From: Gemmatimonadota bacterium
GTDB taxonomy: Bacteria > Gemmatimonadota > Gemmatimonadetes > Gemmatimonadales > GWC2-71-9
Length of the DNA: 64,000 nt
Direction of reading: 5' to 3'
Assembly: GCA_003222135.1 (NCBI GenBank)
Contig: QHUM01000043.1
Location: forward strand, 18,379-82,378
Below the pieces are notes generated by a model. The model searched no databases. It saw only the letters and a list, made by a program, of their open reading frames with translations, and was not told the origin of the DNA. Made by a program: the position numbers and the translations under genes. Of the stretch, positions 1-8,567 are shown one piece after another; position 1 is the stretch's first letter, and each line of letters opens with the position of its first letter.

Positions 1-1
1 G

Positions 2-907
2 ACGCCCGGGACGCCGGCGGACTCCACGGCGCTGCAGGTGACGCCGGCGCCCCCGCCTCCCACACCCCCACCTCCAGCCGTCACGAAGGTCACGACCATC
101 GCAGGATTCCTCAGCCCGGAATCGGTGCTGCACGACACCACGCAGGACATCTACTTCGTGTCGAACATCAACGGCAACCCGACGGCGAAGGACAACAACG
201 GCTTCATCAGCCGGGTGCGGCCGGACGGGGCCATCGAGAATCTCAAGTTCATCGAGGGCGGCCGCAACGGCGTTACGCTCCATGCTCCGAAGGGGCTGGC
301 GCTGCAGGGGGATACGCTGTGGGTGGCCGACATCGACGTCGTGCGCGCGTTCGACGCGAGAACGGGGGCCCCGCGCGACAGCGTGAGCTTCGCGACGCTG
401 GGCGCCGTGTTTCTGAACGATATCGCGATCGCGCAAACGGGCGCCCTCTACATCACCGACACGGGCATCAAGTTCGATGACGTGGGCAACGTGCTGCACC
501 CGGGGCCCGACCGCGTGTTCCGGATCGGCCCCGACCGGAAGGTGACGGTCGCGGTGCGGGGGGACACGCTCGGCCGGCCGAACGGAATCGCGCTCGACCC
601 CGTGGGTAAGCGTTTCGTGATCGTCGAGTTCGGCGGACGATCGGTGCTCGCGTGGCGGCCGGAGGACAAGGCACCGAGTGTGATCGCCAAGGGGCCGGGC
701 GGGTTCGACGGCGTCGTCATCGCCGGCGGCAAGATCCTCGTCTCGAGCTGGGCGGATTCCACCGTGTCGAGCTACGAGACGGGTCAGGAAGTAAAGCTCA
801 TCATGGGCATTCCCGGACCGGCCGACATCGGGTACGACGCGAAGCGAAGCCGCGTGCTGATTCCGGTGCTCCCCGCCAACCGGGTCGAGATCTGGCAGCT
901 ACCGTAG
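2..907 (+). CDS. SMP-30/gluconolactonase/LRE-type beta-propeller protein, 5'-partial
   Basis: Frame is open from base 2. Pro-rich linker, then PESV..., DNNGFISR, PKGLA, FLNDI, PNGI and GFDG repeats typical of the family. Confidence 0.8.
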   Translation, partial: TPGTPADSTALQVTPAPPPPTPPPPAVTKVTTIAGFLSPESVLHDTTQDIYFVSNINGNPTAKDNNGFISRVRPDGAIENLKFIEGGRNGVTLHAPKGLALQGDTLWVADIDVVRAFDARTGAPRDSVSFATLGAVFLNDIAIAQTGALYITDTGIKFDDVGNVLHPGPDRVFRIGPDRKVTVAVRGDTLGRPNGIALDPVGKRFVIVEFGGRSVLAWRPEDKAPSVIAKGPGGFDGVVIAGGKILVSSWADSTVSSYETGQEVKLIMGIPGPADIGYDAKRSRVLIPVLPANRVEIWQLP

Positions 908-1013
908 GACACGCATTGTAGCGACGATGCGACAGACTGGGGAGCCGGAGCATCTGCGATGTCGCGCCGGTTACGCCCTGCTGCGCCTTGCAGGGCGCAC
1001 GCCTTTTGCAGCG

Positions 1014-1562
1014 ATGCTGAGCACGTTCATGTTCGCCCCTGGTCGCACACGCCGCCCCCGGGCTCCCGTCCGCGTCCTGCTCGTCGACGATCACGTCGTC
1101 TTCCGTGCCGGCCTGCGCGCGCTGCTCGAGAGACAGGCGGGTGTTGCCGTGGTCGACGAAGCCGGGCGAGGGGACGAGGCCGTGGAGCGCGTGCGAACCG
1201 TCCGTCCCGACGTCGTCCTTATGGACCTGGCGATGCCGGGGCAAGGAGGGCTGGAGGCGACGCGCCGCATCGTCGGCCTGGGTACGGGGGCCAGGGTCCT
1301 CATCCTCACGGGGCTGCCGCAGGAGCAGCAATTGCTGGACGTGCTCGAAGCCGGCGCGCGCGGCTTCGTCGACAAGGCCGGTCCCGTAGACGACCTGACG
1401 CGGGCCATTCGAACAGTCATGCAGGGCCGCCGCTTCCTGGGGGCTGACGCGGCCCGAGTCGTGGTGCTGCAACGGTACCTGAGGGAGCGGCAGGTCGCGA
1501 ACGCTCCGAAGAAACGCTGGGGAACAAGCGAAGGGGGGAGGGGCGAGGGCGCGCACCCCTAG
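1014..1562 (+). CDS. NarL-like response regulator, receiver domain only (no HTH)
   Basis: VRVLLVDDH, VVLMDLAMP (phospho-Asp), LILTG, FVDK. The C-terminus lacks a LuxR HTH. Start taken as ATG 1014, within ORF 927..1562. Confidence 0.8.
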   Translation: MLSTFMFAPGRTRRPRAPVRVLLVDDHVVFRAGLRALLERQAGVAVVDEAGRGDEAVERVRTVRPDVVLMDLAMPGQGGLEATRRIVGLGTGARVLILTGLPQEQQLLDVLEAGARGFVDKAGPVDDLTRAIRTVMQGRRFLGADAARVVVLQRYLRERQVANAPKKRWGTSEGGRGEGAHP

Positions 1563-1586
1563 CGCCAGCCGTTCCGGTGCCGACGC

Positions 1587-2666
1587 TCAGCCGACGAGGA
1601 TTGGCTGCTCGGTCAGCGGTTGCTTGTACACGTAGCGCTGTCCCGCATAGTTGCGCAGTACGACTTCCTCATCCGTGACAGACTCGACGTACTCCGGGAG
1701 CAGCGGGATCTTGCCGCCGCCGCCCGGCGCGTCGATGACGAAGTGCGGCACGGCGAGCCCTGACGTCCAGCCCCGCAGCGCCTTGATGATCTCGAGCCCC
1801 TTCTCCACCGTGGTGCGGAAATGCTCCGCGCCCGCGACTTGGTCGCACATATAGATGTAGTACGGGCGCACCCGCGCGGCCAGGAGCTTCTGCATCAGGA
1901 GCTTCATCACCGCCACGTCGTCGTTCACGCCTCTCAAGAGCACCGTCTGGCATCCGAGCGGGACACCCGCATCGGCGAGCATACCGAGCGCGCGGACCGC
2001 GGCCGACGTGAGCTCGTCGGGGTGGTTGAAGTGCGTGTTGATGTAGAGCGGGTGGTACTGCTTGAGGATGGCGCACAGCTCGGGCGTGATCCGTTCCGGC
2101 AGGTGGCACGGGATCCGGCTCCCGATCCGGACGATCTCGAGGTGGGGAATCGATCGCAGGCGCCGGCAGAGCTCGTCGATGCGACGATCCGAGAGGAGCA
2201 ACGGATCGCCGCCGGACATGATGACGTCGCGGATCTCGGTGTGCTCCTCGAGGTAGCGGAACGCGGACTCGAGCTGGGACAGCGGGATCTTCTCGGGATC
2301 GCCCACCTTGCGGCGCCGGGTGCAGAAGCGGCAATACGAGGCGCACACCGGCGAGACCAGGAACAACGCCCGGTCGGGATAGCGATGCGTGATGTTGGGG
2401 ACGGGGGAGTGCGCGTCCTCCGCGAGCGAATCCTCCATGCCGTCGTGTACTTCCAGCTCCTGGAGGTCCGGGACATACTGCCGCCAGATCGCGTCGCCGG
2501 GAGACTTGATGAGATCGACCATCGCGGGCGAGATGCGGAACTCGAAATTCTCCGCTGCCTGGCGCAGGCGTGCGAGGTCCGGGAAGTGCTCGGGCCCGAA
2601 CCTGGCGACGAGGGCTTCCAGGGAGGCAAGGCTCTGGTTACGCAGTCGTTCTTGCCAGGACGCCAT
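1587..2666 (-). CDS. kamA: KamA-family radical SAM enzyme, likely L-lysine 2,3-aminomutase
   Basis: CASYCRFCTRRR (CxxxCxxC plus substrate Arg), YYIYMCD, and VIDAPGGGGKIP (PLP Lys). Both Asp residues that bind the lysine epsilon-amine in clostridial KamA are present. Confidence 0.85.
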   Translation of the reverse strand: MASWQERLRNQSLASLEALVARFGPEHFPDLARLRQAAENFEFRISPAMVDLIKSPGDAIWRQYVPDLQELEVHDGMEDSLAEDAHSPVPNITHRYPDRALFLVSPVCASYCRFCTRRRKVGDPEKIPLSQLESAFRYLEEHTEIRDVIMSGGDPLLLSDRRIDELCRRLRSIPHLEIVRIGSRIPCHLPERITPELCAILKQYHPLYINTHFNHPDELTSAAVRALGMLADAGVPLGCQTVLLRGVNDDVAVMKLLMQKLLAARVRPYYIYMCDQVAGAEHFRTTVEKGLEIIKALRGWTSGLAVPHFVIDAPGGGGKIPLLPEYVESVTDEEVVLRNYAGQRYVYKQPLTEQPILVG

Positions 2667-3138
2667 GCACCAAGTCCTTGAGGTAGATCACCAGGTCGTC
2701 GGCCGGAGCGTAATAGCCCGGGAGCCGCGCCGCCTGAGCGTACCCGCGCCGCTCGTAGAAGGTGCGGGTCGGCGCGTAGTCGGCGCGCGACGACGTCTCG
2801 ACGACGAGGAGCCGACAGCCGTCAGCCGTCAGCGCCTTCTCGACCGCGTCGAGCAGCTGCGTGCCGATGCCCTTCCCTTGCCACGTCGGCTCGACGACGA
2901 TCCAGTACAGGTCGTAGGTGCCCTGCGTTCCCGGGGTGGGCCCCCAGCAGGCGTACCCCACCAGGTCGTCGTCTGCGTACGCGCCGAGGAATCGGTAGTC
3001 GTCGTCCCCCGCGAGGCTCTCGTCGAGCAGCTCAACCGCGAGCGCGACCTCCTCCGGGCGGAAGAGACCCGTCGCTCGGGTGAGCCGTTCAAGCGGTGCG
3101 CGTTGCGCGCGCCCGACGGGGCGGAGCGAGCAGCTCAC
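2638..3138 (-). CDS. GNAT N-acetyltransferase
   Basis: YDLYWIVV, QGKGIG (acetyl-CoA motif A), ETSS, and FYERRGY. Probable GTG start at 3138. Confidence 0.85.
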   Translation of the reverse strand: MSCSLRPVGRAQRAPLERLTRATGLFRPEEVALAVELLDESLAGDDDYRFLGAYADDDLVGYACWGPTPGTQGTYDLYWIVVEPTWQGKGIGTQLLDAVEKALTADGCRLLVVETSSRADYAPTRTFYERRGYAQAARLPGYYAPADDLVIYLKDLVHGVLARTTA

Positions 3139-4108
3139 GGGCCGCGGTGGCGCCCTGCGCATCGCGCAGCGCCACCTCCGCGATGCGCCGCACCAGCTCC
3201 GCGTAGTCCCAACCTGCCGCCTTCGCCATGCGGGACAGTCCGGCGTCGTCGTTCAGGTCGGGGTTCGGATTCACCTCGAGGACCCAAGGACGTCCCTGGT
3301 CGTCCAGTCGGAGGTCCACGCGCCCGTAGCCCTTCCCCTGCATGACCCGCCACGCGGCCTCCGCCACCTTCCCCAGCCGCTCCGCGAGCTTCTGCGGAAC
3401 CGCGGCGGGGCACACGGGCACGCTGCCCAGGTCGTCGGGCGATCCGGCTTCCCACTTGCCGGCGTAGGTGAGGATCGGCCAGGCGCCTTCCGGCATGCGG
3501 GCGAAGTCGATCTCGGCGATGGGGAGGGTGCGGGTGCCGACGAACCCGACGTTGAACTCGCGGCCCGCGACGTACTCCTGCACCAGCACTTCGTCGAACT
3601 GCTCCGTCATCGCGGCGACACGGGCGCGCAGCGTCTTGCGGTCGGCGACGACCGAGCCGCGGTCGAGCCCGGCGCTCGCGTCCTCGGCGGCCGGCTTGAC
3701 GATGGCGGGCAACGGGAAATCGTCGTCGATCTTTCCCTGCGCGATGGTCCAGCGCGGGATCGGCAGACCGGCCTGCGCGAGCAGCGCATTGGCGACCGCC
3801 TTGCGACGGCAGGCGGCGATCGTCCAGAGGCTCGCGCCGGTGACCGGGACCCCGGCGAACTCGAGCGCCCCGACGACGTGCTCTTCCCACTCGCTCTTGC
3901 CGTGCACCCCTTCGCACAGGTTGAAGACGAGGTCGGCCCGCCGCGCCACCGCGAACCATCGCAGATCGTGCCGCACCGGAACCTTACGGACCTCGTGCCC
4001 CAGCGCGGCGAAGATGGCCGCGATCTCGTCCACCGCCTTCATCACGCCACGGATGTCTTGCGGGGTCCAATCGGCGGCTCCCGGGTCGTAGAGGATGACG
4101 ATCCTCAC
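3089..4108 (-). CDS. D-Ala-D-Ala ligase-like ATP-grasp protein (copy B)
   Basis: VFNLCEG, IVKPAAEDASAG, QEYVAGREF, GRVDLR, LEVNPNP. GTG start at 4108 overlaps the upstream TGA (GTGA). The ORF-track start at 4702 is an overshoot. Confidence 0.85.
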   Translation of the reverse strand: MRIVILYDPGAADWTPQDIRGVMKAVDEIAAIFAALGHEVRKVPVRHDLRWFAVARRADLVFNLCEGVHGKSEWEEHVVGALEFAGVPVTGASLWTIAACRRKAVANALLAQAGLPIPRWTIAQGKIDDDFPLPAIVKPAAEDASAGLDRGSVVADRKTLRARVAAMTEQFDEVLVQEYVAGREFNVGFVGTRTLPIAEIDFARMPEGAWPILTYAGKWEAGSPDDLGSVPVCPAAVPQKLAERLGKVAEAAWRVMQGKGYGRVDLRLDDQGRPWVLEVNPNPDLNDDAGLSRMAKAAGWDYAELVRRIAEVALRDAQGATAARELLAPPRRARATRTA

Positions 4109-5193
4109 GCGGTGGTCCCGGCGGCTTGCAGCGACCTGCCTTGCCGCGCCCCCGCGGTCTCCGCCGCGATGTCTTCCCCCGTCAGGCGCCGCCACGCAAT
4201 GCGCACGACCTCCTGGATCAGCTCGTCGTAGCCGAAGCCGGCGGCGCGTGCGGCCTTGGGAAAGCACGAGTTCATCGCGGGATCGGGGATGATCCCGGGG
4301 AGGGGGTTGAGCTCGAGGATGTTCGGCACGCCGAAGCGATCGACGCGGATGTCGACGCGACACCAGTCGCGGCAGTCGAGGGCGTGGTAGGCGTCGAGGG
4401 CGGTGCGCTCGATCTCCGCATACAGGCCCGCCGGCACGAGCGCCGGGCATTGAAAGATCGCGAGCGGCGCTTCGGGCCGGTCCCACACCCACTTGGCCTC
4501 GTAGCCGTACACGGGCGGCGCGCCCGGGGGCAACGCCGAGAAATCGAACCCGATGACCGGCAGACAGTACGCCGCCGCACCGTTGCCGAGGATCGCCACC
4601 GTGAACTCGGGGCCCGGGAGGTAGGTCTCGACCAGCACCGGCTCCGCGTAGCGTTCGAGCAGGAACAGCGCCCGCTCGCGCAGCCGCACGGGCGTGTCGC
4701 ATAAGTTGTTGCTGAATACGCCCTTACCAGACCCCTCAGCGACCGGCTTTACGAACACGGGGAACGGCAGCCGCAGCCGCTCCAAGTCCCGGGGCGTCTC
4801 GACGCACACGAACGGCGCCGTGGGTACGCCGCGGTAGGCGAGAATCTCTTTGGTGCGCGCCTTCTGGAGTGCCAGTCCGAGTGTCAGTGGATCCGAGCCC
4901 GTGTACGGAACGTTCAAGTACTCGCAGATCGCGGGCACCAGCGCCTCGCGACTCTGGCCCCGCAGCCCCTCGGCGATGTTGAACACGAGATCCGGACGGG
5001 CGAGTGCGACCTGCTGCGGGAAGGATTGATCGGCTTCGAGTCGGACGACGCTGCCGAAGAGACCGAGAGCCTGCTCCACCGCAGCGATGGTGGACGGGTC
5101 GTCCCACTCGGCGAACGCGTCGTTGGTACTCGAGGGCTGTGCGGCGGAGTTCGCGGCGTCCGGTTTCTGGTTGTATGCGAGACCGATGCGCAT
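4105..5193 (-). CDS. D-Ala-D-Ala ligase-like ATP-grasp protein (copy A)
   Basis: VFNIAEG, FVKPVAEGSGKG, ETYLPGPEF, RVDIR, LELNPLPG. AGGAGG upstream at 5208-5213. Confidence 0.88.
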   Translation of the reverse strand: MRIGLAYNQKPDAANSAAQPSSTNDAFAEWDDPSTIAAVEQALGLFGSVVRLEADQSFPQQVALARPDLVFNIAEGLRGQSREALVPAICEYLNVPYTGSDPLTLGLALQKARTKEILAYRGVPTAPFVCVETPRDLERLRLPFPVFVKPVAEGSGKGVFSNNLCDTPVRLRERALFLLERYAEPVLVETYLPGPEFTVAILGNGAAAYCLPVIGFDFSALPPGAPPVYGYEAKWVWDRPEAPLAIFQCPALVPAGLYAEIERTALDAYHALDCRDWCRVDIRVDRFGVPNILELNPLPGIIPDPAMNSCFPKAARAAGFGYDELIQEVVRIAWRRLTGEDIAAETAGARQGRSLQAAGTTA

Positions 5194-5215
5194 GTGGTCT
5201 CGGGTGACCTCCTAC

Positions 5216-5238
5216 AAAAAAGGCCGCTGGTGCGGTCC
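5216..5238 (-). terminator. Terminator-like hairpin plus U6, immediately upstream of the ATP-grasp operon RBS
   Basis: Minus strand reads GGACCGC-ACCA-GCGGCC-TTTTTT, followed 2 nt later by AGGAGG. Confidence 0.6.
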
Positions 5239-5265
5239 GGGAATTGAAAACGCGCTGTCGGTTAG

Positions 5266-5294
5266 ACAATACGACGCGTCGGCGCGATGCGCAA
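5266..5294 (-). promoter_or_regulatory. Sigma70-like promoter for the ATP-grasp/GNAT/kamA operon
   Basis: Minus strand TTGCGC-17 nt-TATTGT. Confidence 0.5.
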
Positions 5295-5328
5295 TAGGGA
5301 AGGACGGATTTTTTCCCGACGTCGGACC

Positions 5329-6081
5329 TCAAACTTTGTGATACGCGACGCGCGCCGCTTCTTGTGTGTCGTCCGCGACGTAGATCGCGAAATCGGAGAA
5401 CAGCGCGGGGGCTTCGCGCTGCAACACGCGCAGACACGCGATCGCCATTCGGCGGATCTCGAGCTCCGCGCCCTCGCCGCACCGCAGCTCGAGCATCGTG
5501 CGCCAGGCGCGCGCGTTTCCCGAGACGACGATCTTCACCTCGGTCGCGTTCGGCAGCACGCTGCGCGCCGCCTCACGCGCCATCTTCCGTCGGTGCACCT
5601 TGTCGGTGACCCAGCCGTAGCGCTCCATGAGACCTTCGACCGCGCGCACGTACGCCGCCTGCGCGTCGGCGACCACGCGCTGCCATTCGGCCTCGAGCTG
5701 CTCGTCCCCGATGACCGCGGGCGGCATGACGAACGCCGCGTGCGATTCGTCCACGTAGCGCTGCGACAGCTGTGAGTAGCCGAAGCCCGCCCGGTGGCGC
5801 ACCAGCTCGTGCGAGCAGGAGCGCGAAATCCCCTCGATCAATAGCACGTAGACGGCGTGCTCCAGCACCGAGCCGTGTCCCTGCTTCTTGATGTTCTCGA
5901 GATACTCCGCCGTGCTGCGGTTGGCCGGGTTGTGCTGGCTCATGTAGCAGATCCGACCGGCGAATTCCGCGAGCCGCTCGCCCGGGGAGGAGTCGCCGCG
6001 CCACTGCACGCGCAGGTGGTCGGGCTCGAGGAACTCGGGACGGGCAATCAGCGTGACGTGGGGAGCGCGGAAGATTTCCAT
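5329..6081 (-). CDS. thyX: FAD-dependent thymidylate synthase ThyX
   Basis: GHGSVLEH, ELVRHRAGFGYSQLSQRY (ThyX motif), EAARSVLPNATE, AELEIR. Confidence 0.95.
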   Translation of the reverse strand: MEIFRAPHVTLIARPEFLEPDHLRVQWRGDSSPGERLAEFAGRICYMSQHNPANRSTAEYLENIKKQGHGSVLEHAVYVLLIEGISRSCSHELVRHRAGFGYSQLSQRYVDESHAAFVMPPAVIGDEQLEAEWQRVVADAQAAYVRAVEGLMERYGWVTDKVHRRKMAREAARSVLPNATEVKIVVSGNARAWRTMLELRCGEGAELEIRRMAIACLRVLQREAPALFSDFAIYVADDTQEAARVAYHKV

Positions 6082-6084
6082 GGG

Positions 6085-7707
6085 CTAGGGGCTAGGGCTC
6101 GGGGATCGCGCCACCTGTAGCTTCGGCGTGGCCCAGCCGGCGGTGCGTTCGAGTTCGCGCAAGCGCGCGGCGATGTCGTCGGGAATCGGGGCCGCGTCCG
6201 GACCGACCTTCAAATCGGCAAGCGGCGCCCAGTCGGGCGAGGGGATTATAACACCGGGGTTGAGGATCGCCCGGGGGTCGTACGCCCGCTTCACGTCCCG
6301 AAACAGCGCCATCATGTCGCGGCCGTAGAACCGCTCCAGCAGGCCGGCGCGCAGGCGGCCGTCGCCATGTTCCCCGGACGGCGTGCCCCCCAGCCCGACG
6401 AGCAGCTCCGTCACCGTCGCGAACAGCCCGGCCAGCGCCTCGCGCCATCCCGGCACCGTCGTGTCGGGGAGGGCGTTCACGTGCACATGACCGTCGCCCG
6501 CGTGGCCGAACAGCGCCACCTGCACGCCACAGCGTTCCGCCGCTACGCGGACGCCGGCGATGTACTTCCCCAGGTGCTCGAGCGGCACGCAGCCGTCCTC
6601 CACGACCTGCAGGGAGCGCCGGGACGGAGGGAGCCGGGCGAGCGCGGGACTGGCGAGCTTCCGCACGGACCAAAGCTGCTCGAGCCCTCCCCGATCCACC
6701 GCCGTCGCGACGTGCACCGTCGCGGCCTTGAGACCGCGCACCGCGTCGCCCACTACGCCGCGCGCGGCAGCCGCGGTGTCCCGCTCGAACTCCACCAGCA
6801 GCAGCCCCTCGATGCCGGCAGGGAGCTCGAGTCCGTCGCGGCGTGCCAGGTCGAGGAACGTGCGGTCGAGCAGCTCGACGGCCGACGGGTTGAGCGCGAT
6901 GAGGAACGGCACGGCCTGGCCGAGTGCTTCGAGGCTGCCGAAGCCGAGTGCCGCACCGGCGACGTCAGGGGGGATCGGCTCGAGCCGCCACCGCACGGCG
7001 GTGACGAGAGCGAGCGTCCCCTCGGAGCCGATCAAGAGATCGAGCTCGTCGCCCGACTCGGCATAGCGGTCCAGCGCGTAGCCGCTGGAATTCTTGCGGG
7101 TCTTGGGGAAGCGGGCCTGGACGAGCCTCCGCTGGTCGGGTGACAAGACGAACCGCTCCCCTCTCCCATCTCCCCGGGTTACCCTCCGCGCCGTCCCGTC
7201 CGCCTCGACGATCTCGACCGCGTCCACCCACGCGCGTACGCTGCCGCAGCGCACCGAGCGCGGCCCCGCGGCGTTGGTCGCCGTCAGGCCGCCCGAGGTC
7301 GCGAACGCGCCCGACGACGGATCGGGGGCGAGCCGCAGGCCGATCGGGCGGGCGGCGTCGCCGATCTGCGCCGCCGTGACCGACGCGCCCACCCACGCCG
7401 CGCGGTGCGCCCAGTCGGGGGCGATCCAGTGGAATCCGGGACTCAGGTCCACCAGCACGCCGCGCCCCACCGCTCCGCCCGGCATGCCGCTCCCCGACCC
7501 GCGCGGCACCAGCGGTGTGCCGGTGTCCACCGCCCAGCGCACCAGCCGCTGCAGCTCCTCCACGCCGTGCGGCAGGGCGACCCCGGCGGGGACGATCCGG
7601 TGGATCCCTGCCCCCTCGGAGTACGCGGCGCGGATGCGCTCGTCGGTGGTCAGGCCGGGGAAAGGAGAAAGGGGAAGCGCCACGTGAGGCACGGTGAAAA
7701 TTACCAC
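6085..7707 (-). CDS. FAD-binding oxidoreductase (GlcD/D-lactate dehydrogenase family)
   Basis: PRGSGSGMPGG, PDPSS, GSEGTLA, GHAGDGHVH, GEHGDG, LNPG. Start uncertain (GTG at 7707, 7692 or 7683). Confidence 0.85.
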   Translation of the reverse strand: MVIFTVPHVALPLSPFPGLTTDERIRAAYSEGAGIHRIVPAGVALPHGVEELQRLVRWAVDTGTPLVPRGSGSGMPGGAVGRGVLVDLSPGFHWIAPDWAHRAAWVGASVTAAQIGDAARPIGLRLAPDPSSGAFATSGGLTATNAAGPRSVRCGSVRAWVDAVEIVEADGTARRVTRGDGRGERFVLSPDQRRLVQARFPKTRKNSSGYALDRYAESGDELDLLIGSEGTLALVTAVRWRLEPIPPDVAGAALGFGSLEALGQAVPFLIALNPSAVELLDRTFLDLARRDGLELPAGIEGLLLVEFERDTAAAARGVVGDAVRGLKAATVHVATAVDRGGLEQLWSVRKLASPALARLPPSRRSLQVVEDGCVPLEHLGKYIAGVRVAAERCGVQVALFGHAGDGHVHVNALPDTTVPGWREALAGLFATVTELLVGLGGTPSGEHGDGRLRAGLLERFYGRDMMALFRDVKRAYDPRAILNPGVIIPSPDWAPLADLKVGPDAAPIPDDIAARLRELERTAGWATPKLQVARSPSPSP

Positions 7708-7720
7708 CCGCGCTGTCAGC

Positions 7721-7749
7721 TTGACACCGCCAGACGCCCGGGTGATGCT
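7721..7749 (+). promoter_or_regulatory. Sigma70-like promoter, possibly leaderless, for the DUF116 gene
   Basis: TTGACA-17 nt-GATGCT. ATG at 7758 lies 8 nt after the -10 box and has no SD. Confidence 0.4.
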
Positions 7750-7757
7750 TGATCCTC

Positions 7758-8567
7758 ATGCCCGCCGATGCGCCACGCGCCCAGCTTATCCACATCGAGA
7801 CCGACCGCCGCTTGGGTCACGAGTGGGACGAGTGGGACGGCAAGCCGCTTCCCGGCAACGGCGACTTCTCCGCGCCTCCTGGACTGTTCTTCCGGGTCGC
7901 CGCTCTGACGCTGGTGGTCGGCTGCGGTGCGGCGGGGGCGTTGATCTTCCTGCTCGCCCCGCGGCTCGAGGCCCTGCTTCCGGCGCTGCCCGCGCTGCTG
8001 TGGGGCACGCTGGCGGTCGTCGCCGGCGCGAGCGCGGTGTGGTTCGCGCTGTTGCTCCTTTCCTTCTATGGGGGCGTGCTGCTGTTGCCGGGGCGGCTGC
8101 TGGAGCGGGGGCCGTACCTGCAGCTCATGAGCTTCACCTCCTCCCTCTCCCGCCTCGTCGGCAGGCGGGATTGGGCGGAGCACGCCGCGATCGACGTCTA
8201 TAACGCCCTCGCCGAGCGCCGTCGGCGCAGCGTGGGCAAGGGCGAGCTGCTGGTGTTGATCCCACGCTGTCTCTCGAAGCAGGCGCTGGATGGCGTGCTG
8301 GCGATCGCCGGACGCTACGAGGTGCCGGTGTTCGTGGCGACCCGCGGGCAGCTGGCGCGGCGCGTGATCCGCGAGCGACGCCCCCGGGCCGTCGTGGCCG
8401 TGGCGTGCGAACGCGACATGACGACCGGCCTGCGGGACGTCGCCGGCAAGCTCCCGGTCCTCGGGCTCACGATGCGCCTCCCCAACGGGCCGTGCAAGGA
8501 CGCCATGGTCGACCTCGACGTCATGGAGCGGTGGGTGAGGAGTTGGGTGTCCCAAAGCGCTTCTTGA
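7758..8567 (+). CDS. DUF116-family membrane protein
   Basis: Two N-terminal TM segments, then LVLIPRCL, VATRG, VAVACERD, NGPCKD. Start ATG 7758, within ORF 7749..8567. Confidence 0.75.
   Translation: MPADAPRAQLIHIETDRRLGHEWDEWDGKPLPGNGDFSAPPGLFFRVAALTLVVGCGAAGALIFLLAPRLEALLPALPALLWGTLAVVAGASAVWFALLLLSFYGGVLLLPGRLLERGPYLQLMSFTSSLSRLVGRRDWAEHAAIDVYNALAERRRRSVGKGELLVLIPRCLSKQALDGVLAIAGRYEVPVFVATRGQLARRVIRERRPRAVVAVACERDMTTGLRDVAGKLPVLGLTMRLPNGPCKDAMVDLDVMERWVRSWVSQSAS

Noticed and set aside
1587-2666. KamA as EF-P beta-lysylation EpmB or as part of lysine fermentation
   Set aside because: No epmA/efp or kamDE/kdd/kce genes are nearby, and it is coupled to the GNAT and ATP-grasp genes. It cannot be fully excluded without the rest of the genome.
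4109-4702. Apparent fusion or long N-terminus on the second ATP-grasp ligase
   Set aside because: It overlaps the first ligase out of frame. The GTGA overlap at 4105-4108 marks the true start.
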